IMG/VR virus record: IMGVR_UViG_3300002092_001784 | Span: 192,001-256,000 of that record | Reading direction: 5' to 3' (one strand) | DNA: 64,000 nucleotides | Source: a virus | Taxonomy: Duplodnaviria > Caudoviricetes | In this document: one piece after another, positions 58,931 to 64,000 of the stretch | How the letters are laid out: every line of letters begins with the position of its first letter | How positions within the stretch are numbered: the stretch's first letter is position 1 | Notes under the pieces: model-generated | What the model was told of the DNA's origin: nothing | Databases searched by the model: none | The model's input: the letters and a program-made list of their open reading frames with translations, nothing else | Made by a program: the position numbers and the translations under genes

Positions 58931-59407
58931 GTAAGTACTAAAACTAAAAAAGTTATCAAAGAAGGTGAAGACCACGAAGTATCTATGGCAGGAAACCAAT
59001 TAGATACTATTATAAAAGCAGCAACCGAATTGAAAGCCAAAATCGGAACTGATGAAAAAAATCTACCGGGATGGGTACAAGACCATATTTCTCAATCTGA
59101 AAACTTTATATCTCAAGCTAATAACGGTTATGGTGAAACTAATGAAGTAATTAAAAAGGGTAAATTTAACGAAGTATCTAATGGTGATTTTATAACACTT
59201 GATGTAAACGTTGGAGATACGGTAAAATTTTATACAAATACACCTGTGCAGAATGTTGGAACAACCGGAAAGGCTCAAACTGGAAAGGTTGTTAAAGTAG
59301 ATTCAACTACATTTACCGTAAAGGGTAATGATGGTAAGGAACATAAACTTCCAAAGAAATGGTACAAACATGCTACTTATTTACCATCTATTCTTAAAAA
59401 GGGGTAA
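58874..59407 (+). CDS. Putative internal head protein with duplicated leader peptide
   Basis: Begins MKTQNSYLIMEGSANPKNL; IKE|GEDHEVSMA...LPGWVQ module; FNE| then SH3-like module. Confidence 0.6.
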   Translation: MKTQNSYLIMEGSANPKNLVSTKTKKVIKEGEDHEVSMAGNQLDTIIKAATELKAKIGTDEKNLPGWVQDHISQSENFISQANNGYGETNEVIKKGKFNEVSNGDFITLDVNVGDTVKFYTNTPVQNVGTTGKAQTGKVVKVDSTTFTVKGNDGKEHKLPKKWYKHATYLPSILKKG

Positions 59408-59418
59408 TACTATAAAAC

Positions 59419-60246
59419 ATGGCAAAACTATTAAACGAATGTATAATTGTTTCTAAGAAATTTGGAAACGATATGGTTTTGGCAAAAAACAGAGATAGAG
59501 CATATAAGCCGCTCATAGAAGTGGTTCATACTTTGATGAATGGTATTGAAGTTGTGTATTTACATGATATTACAACCGATTGGAGTGAAGGTATGAATGA
59601 ATTGGGTATCGGTGTTGTTAATACTTCGTTGTTGGTAGGATATGATGAAAAAGAAAAACAAATCATATCTAAAACCGGTAAGAAATCAAAAGATGGTATT
59701 AAGATAAGAACTGCTCTTGGACAAAAAACATTATCAAAGGCATTATTATCGGTGGTTAAGTTTAATGGTGGTGTAAAGGGACACACTTTTGTGGCAGACC
59801 CTAACCATCTGATTACAGTAGAAATGACTTCGAAACATGCTCCTATAATCAAACAGCAAGACCCAACCAAATCATATGTAAGAACGAATCATGGACTAGC
59901 ACATCCAGATGCCGGATATACTGAAGGACCTGATTATAAAAGTTCAATAGTTCGTAGAGCATCTGCAAAGGCTGCAATTACAAAATTGAAAGATTGGAGA
60001 GATGAATTGAAAGCATTGAGAACTAATCGGTATTCGCATGATAATCCGAATAATATGAGTAGAGATACGGATAAAATGATGACAACCACACAGATGCAAT
60101 TAAATCTAACCCGTAAAATATTTACTCTAAACTATTTTGGAGACAGAGTTGAAGGATTCAAAGGAATACGAAGTGAATTACCATCGGATTATATGCCAAA
60201 AATACAAATAAAAATAAAAGATTTATCAGAAACTCAGAATAATTGA
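59419..60246 (+). CDS. Putative Ntn-hydrolase (peptidase C45 / acyltransferase-like) proenzyme
   Basis: E|CIIV...LAKNRDR...GMNELGIGVVN...VRTNH matches the C45/AAT pattern C...arNxD...GMNExG...TNH. Confidence 0.62.
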   Translation: MAKLLNECIIVSKKFGNDMVLAKNRDRAYKPLIEVVHTLMNGIEVVYLHDITTDWSEGMNELGIGVVNTSLLVGYDEKEKQIISKTGKKSKDGIKIRTALGQKTLSKALLSVVKFNGGVKGHTFVADPNHLITVEMTSKHAPIIKQQDPTKSYVRTNHGLAHPDAGYTEGPDYKSSIVRRASAKAAITKLKDWRDELKALRTNRYSHDNPNNMSRDTDKMMTTTQMQLNLTRKIFTLNYFGDRVEGFKGIRSELPSDYMPKIQIKIKDLSETQNN

Positions 60247-60278
60247 TATTTATTCATATATAACTTAAATTAAACAAT

Positions 60279-60755
60279 ATGCCCGCAGTATCAAAAGCAC
60301 AACAACATTTTATGGGTATGGTTCATGCTGCACAGAAAGGTGAAGAACCTGCAAGTCCCGAAGTAGCAAAAGTAGCTAAATCAATTGAGCCAAAAGCAGC
60401 AAAGGATTATGCATCAACATCAACTAAAAATCTACCAGACCATAAACTAAAAGAAGCGATTCGTAAGATATATAGAGAATATTTAAGGGAATGTTCAATG
60501 ACAGAATCACTAAACGAAGATGTTTCAGATATAAAAACTCCTATTTATTTCAAATCAAAAAAAGGAGTAAGTGGATTTGATACCGATACTACATTTTTTG
60601 TAAAAGATATGCCCGATTATGGAAATGTTAAGGTTTATCATTACCGTGGACGTTTGGAACAATTTATTTGGTTTGAAAAAGATAAATTAATAAGGCAATT
60701 TAAGAGTGGAGATTTCTATAAAGTTGATAAAAACGAATATAAACCCAATAACTAA
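60279..60755 (+). CDS. Putative internal head protein
   Basis: MPAVSKAQQHFMGMV...KNLP module followed by LKE, LRE, MTE, LNE sites and a second module. Confidence 0.6.
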   Translation: MPAVSKAQQHFMGMVHAAQKGEEPASPEVAKVAKSIEPKAAKDYASTSTKNLPDHKLKEAIRKIYREYLRECSMTESLNEDVSDIKTPIYFKSKKGVSGFDTDTTFFVKDMPDYGNVKVYHYRGRLEQFIWFEKDKLIRQFKSGDFYKVDKNEYKPNN

Positions 60756-60761
60756 TATTTT

Positions 60762-60789
60762 AAGCCCAAACACCGGTTTGGGCTTTTTT
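60762..60789 (+). terminator. Intrinsic terminator ending internal-protein cluster
   Basis: AAGCCCAAAC-ACCG-GTTTGGGCTT-TTTT. Confidence 0.85.
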
Positions 60790-60820
60790 ATGTCATTTTT
60801 TATGGTTTTTCAAAAATCAT

Positions 60821-60829
60821 ATATTTATT
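60821..60829 (+). promoter_or_regulatory. Putative late promoter of scaffold-capsid operon
   Basis: ATATTTATT just after a terminator, 146 nt before the scaffold ATG. Confidence 0.55.
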
Positions 60830-60975
60830 CATAACTTAATAACCTATTTCTTTTAGGTTCAAGTAATTGGTAATGAATACTCACGACCCATGTGATGTGA
60901 CCAAAACGCCAATAAACACGATTGAAGTTGAAAACTCTAATAACTTCAGAAATCCTATAAAATAAAGGAAAACAA

Positions 60976-62130
60976 ATGGCAAGTTCAAAACTATTAAAAG
61001 AAGCAATTGCTGATGCTAAAGCTGTGCGTGAAACTGCTATTGCCAATGCCAAAATCGCTCTCGAAGAAGCGTTTACTCCAAGACTTCAATCTATTCTTTC
61101 AAGAAAGCTACAAGCTGAAATTGAAGATAACGATGATGAAGATTTGGATGATGTAAACGAAGAAAATGATGCATCAAGCGAAATCGGAAAAGGTGATAAC
61201 AAAACTCCGGCTATTAAAGCAAATTCAGCACAAACAGACCTAAGTGGTATTTCTAAAACAGGAGATGCACAGGGTAGTGAATTAGATGATTATGACAAAG
61301 TTAAAGACCTTACTGAAGGTGATGATGACTTTGGAGATGATGACACTGATTTGGATACCGATGATGACACTGATTTGGATACCGATGGTGATGACACCGA
61401 TTGGGATGCTGATGATACCGATGATGACCAAGACGAAGATGATTTAGATTTAGAATCTATTATTAGAGAATTGGAAGATGGTATGGATGATGATACCGAT
61501 GGGTATTCGGATGATACTGAAGTAGATGAAGCAGATGAAAATGAAGATGGCGTAACCGATGATGTAACTGGTGCAACAAATCCATACACAGAAGGTGATG
61601 ACACTGATTTTGATACCGATGGTGACACCGAAGGCGAAGATGATGATATTGATTTAGATGAAATTCTTCGTGAAATGGGATATGGTGATGATGAAGATGG
61701 TGAAGAAGCTCCTGTTGAGGATGATGATACTGCTGAAGAATTAGCAGCTACTCAAAATGAATTAAAAGAAGCTATGAAAACTATTCATTCATTACGCAAA
61801 ACCATCAATGAAGTGAATTTATTGAACGCAAAATTATTATTCGCAAACAAATTGTTCCGTGGTTATAATCTAACTAACGAACAAAAAGTAAAAGTTGTTG
61901 AAAACTTGGACAGAACTTCATCTGTAAGAGAAGTTAAGTTAGTTTATTCAACTCTTTGTGAATCAATGAAATTCTCTGGTACTCAAAAGAAACAATCTGT
62001 AAAGAGAACTATTTCTGAAGGATTGGCTTCTAAACCACAGAAATCTACCGCACCTAAAAAAGAAATTCTTTCAGAGGGTGACATGATGGCTAAAAGATTC
62101 CAAGAATTAGCAGGAATCACTTCAAAATAA
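60976..62130 (+). CDS. Prohead scaffold/core protein (gp22-like)
   Basis: LKEAIADAKAVRETAIANAK N-terminus, very acidic middle, EVNLLNAKLL C-terminal coil; directly upstream of the capsid gene. Confidence 0.75.
   Translation: MASSKLLKEAIADAKAVRETAIANAKIALEEAFTPRLQSILSRKLQAEIEDNDDEDLDDVNEENDASSEIGKGDNKTPAIKANSAQTDLSGISKTGDAQGSELDDYDKVKDLTEGDDDFGDDDTDLDTDDDTDLDTDGDDTDWDADDTDDDQDEDDLDLESIIRELEDGMDDDTDGYSDDTEVDEADENEDGVTDDVTGATNPYTEGDDTDFDTDGDTEGEDDDIDLDEILREMGYGDDEDGEEAPVEDDDTAEELAATQNELKEAMKTIHSLRKTINEVNLLNAKLLFANKLFRGYNLTNEQKVKVVENLDRTSSVREVKLVYSTLCESMKFSGTQKKQSVKRTISEGLASKPQKSTAPKKEILSEGDMMAKRFQELAGITSK
61336..61383 (+). repeat. Perfect 2 x 24-nt in-frame repeat (DDDTDLDT) in scaffold
   Basis: GATGATGACACTGATTTGGATACC twice, degenerate copies following. 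Confidence 0.85.
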
Positions 62131-62154
62131 CAAACTTAAAAAAACAAATAAACA

Positions 62155-63786
62155 ATGGCAAATTTTGACTTATCTAAATTGATGGAAGGCAAAAACCCAC
62201 AAAGCGTAATGTTGGCAGAAACTCGTCAACTTAAAGGTAAATGGGCGAAAACAGGTCTTCTTGAAGGATTGAAAGAAAGAGATCAACACTCTATGGCAGT
62301 GTTGTTAGAAAACCAAGCAAAACAATTGCTTGATGAGGCAACCCAAACTGGTACATCTGCACACTCAGAAGAGTGGAGTGGTGTAGCTCTTCCTTTGGTT
62401 CGCCGTATTTTTGGTGAAATTGCATCGAAAGAGTTCGTTTCGGTTCAACCTATGAACTTACCTTCCGGTCTTATTTTCTACCTTGACTTCAAATATGGTT
62501 CTGCACAAGGAGCACCTGGACAATATGGTGGAAAATCACTTTTTGGTGGTACTAACATAACCGGTTCAGCAACTAACTTTGGTAGAACTAACGCAGCTGT
62601 TAATGGTTTATACGGTGAAGGTCGTTATACCTATTCAGTAAATGATGGAACTGCCGCTACAGTAGCTATTGCTTCTGCTGCTTCTGCTTCTTGGGCAGAT
62701 GTAGGTTTTAACAATACGTTATCAGCTTCTATTGCTGCTAATCAAATTGCTAAACTTTCTATTACAAAATCAGCTATTAGTGCAACCGCTGATGTTGATG
62801 CAGTTCGTGCATACACCGCAACTGATTCACTTATCGTTGCCAATCTTAACGAATTTAACTATTACAACGCATCTTTAGATAATATCGTACTTTTTGTATC
62901 TGCATCTAAAACAGATATGGCTGCATTGGTTAATGGTACTATTGATTCAATTGATTATTCAGTTGTTCCTACCGATTACAATCGTGGTGACTTTGAAGAT
63001 AAAACCGCACCAAGTGCAGGTAACACAACAACTGCATTGGATATTCCAGAAATTGATCTTGAATTGAAATCAGAGGCCATCGTTGCTAAGACTCGTAAGT
63101 TGAAAGCAGTATGGACACCTGAACTTGCACAGGACTTAAACGCTTACCACTCAATCGATGCTGAAGCAGAATTAACTTCAATGTTATCCGATTATATTTC
63201 TTTGGAAATTGATTTGGAAATCCTTGATATGTTAAAATCTAACGCTTTAACTACTGATTACTGGTCAGCAACAGTTGGTGAAGAATACAATAACGGTGTT
63301 TGGACTGGTGGACAATCTTCAATGGCATACCAAAAATCAACTTGGTTTCAAACCCTTGGAATCAAATTGAACAAAGTATCTAATAAGATTCACCAATTAA
63401 CACTTCGTGGTGGAGCTAACTTCGTAGTTGCTTCTCCTGATGTATGTACTATTTTGGAATCTATTCCTGGATTCTTAGTAAGTGCTGAGAAAGATGCATT
63501 ACAGTTCGCTGCAGGTGTATCTCAAGTAGGTGCATTGAGCAATCGCTACACCATCTACAAAAATCCTTATATGACTTCTAACGAAATCTTAATGGGATAC
63601 AGAGGAAACAACTTCCTTGAGACAGGTGCAGTTTACGCTCCATATGTACCATTGATTATGACTCCTTTGGTTTACGATCCTCAAAATTTTACTCCGAGGA
63701 GGGGTGTCATGACTCGTTACGCCAAGAAAATGGTGAGAAGCGAGTACTACGGAAAAATCTACATCAAAGATTTGAACACTATCTAA
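62155..63786 (+). CDS. gp23: Major capsid protein (T4 gp23-like)
   Basis: MAVLLENQ, LPLVRR, VQPMNLPSGLIFYL, IVAKTRKLKAVWTPELAQDL.AYH.IDAE.EL, YAPYVPL, PRRGVMTRY. Confidence 0.95.
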   Translation: MANFDLSKLMEGKNPQSVMLAETRQLKGKWAKTGLLEGLKERDQHSMAVLLENQAKQLLDEATQTGTSAHSEEWSGVALPLVRRIFGEIASKEFVSVQPMNLPSGLIFYLDFKYGSAQGAPGQYGGKSLFGGTNITGSATNFGRTNAAVNGLYGEGRYTYSVNDGTAATVAIASAASASWADVGFNNTLSASIAANQIAKLSITKSAISATADVDAVRAYTATDSLIVANLNEFNYYNASLDNIVLFVSASKTDMAALVNGTIDSIDYSVVPTDYNRGDFEDKTAPSAGNTTTALDIPEIDLELKSEAIVAKTRKLKAVWTPELAQDLNAYHSIDAEAELTSMLSDYISLEIDLEILDMLKSNALTTDYWSATVGEEYNNGVWTGGQSSMAYQKSTWFQTLGIKLNKVSNKIHQLTLRGGANFVVASPDVCTILESIPGFLVSAEKDALQFAAGVSQVGALSNRYTIYKNPYMTSNEILMGYRGNNFLETGAVYAPYVPLIMTPLVYDPQNFTPRRGVMTRYAKKMVRSEYYGKIYIKDLNTI

Positions 63787-63807
63787 TCTGTAAAGATTAT
63801 AAATTAG

Positions 63808-63835
63808 AAAAGGGAAGATTTTTCTTCCCTTTTTT
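63808..63835 (+). terminator. Intrinsic terminator after major capsid gene
   Basis: AAAAGGGAAGA-TTTT-TCTTCCCTTTT-TT. Confidence 0.85.
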
Positions 63836-63912
63836 ATGCTCTTTTATTTTGATATTATATTTATAGTCGTATTGGTTATACACTATACTAATAAAATTAA
63901 AATAAAAGAAAA

Positions 63913-64000
63913 ATGGGAAGACATCAAGATTCAACACCGGTAATGATACCAGCCGATACTGATTTAACTACGGTTATTGACGCAACATTTGCGTTAGATA
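63913..64000 (+). CDS. Start of next gene, truncated by window end
   Basis: ATG after A-rich leader and ATATTTATA at 63857; open to the end (MGRHQDSTPVMIPADTDLTT...). Confidence 0.45.
   Translation, partial: MGRHQDSTPVMIPADTDLTTVIDATFALD

Noticed and set aside
718-61628. Numerous 60-230-aa minus-strand or alternate-frame ORFs in the track (e.g. 29109-29441, 44259-44774, 60825-61052, 61290-61628)
   Set aside because: Fully or largely overlap well-supported genes and show antisense-shadow composition without recognisable motifs.
1-64000. tRNA or rRNA genes
   Set aside because: Intergenic gaps are short and AT-rich; no cloverleaf or T-loop signature seen by eye (tRNAscan-SE would confirm).

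Overview
A 64-kb segment of a large, AT-rich, T4-like (myovirus-type) phage genome, almost all on the + strand. Gene order: baseplate genes (gp5-like hub, gp25, gp6, gp7/gpI-like wedge); an island with a DnaG-type primase and a fused Mre11-Rad50 (gp47-gp46/SbcDC) nuclease; a 3477-aa modular tail fibre; a glycosylation cluster (GT-MTase-GT fusion, Aah/TibC-like heptosyltransferase, HldE-like adenylyltransferase and kinase); two giant multidomain ORFs separated by a GIY-YIG endonuclease; and the head module (TerL, portal, internal head proteins, prohead protease, scaffold, major capsid protein). TAnnTTTG promoters and the general lack of Shine-Dalgarno sites suggest a Bacteroidota host. An intergenic ATATTTAT(A/T) motif is the likely phage late promoter. 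The top candidate new system is a putative capsid-packaged polyprotein (38859-47997) whose modules are separated by (L/I/V)-x-E sites resembling T4 gp21 prohead-protease sites. It carries a tRNA/RNA repair set (CCA-adding enzyme, HD phosphoesterase, polynucleotide kinase, ATP-dependent ligase-like domain), three ADP-ribosyltransferase-like modules and a NadM-like adenylyltransferase. Its CCA domain is split by a free-standing homing endonuclease. Two observations in the head cluster support the processing model: a duplicated capsid-targeting-like leader peptide, and an Ntn-hydrolase whose catalytic Cys directly follows an LNE site. All family calls come from motif recognition by eye; no database searches were run.
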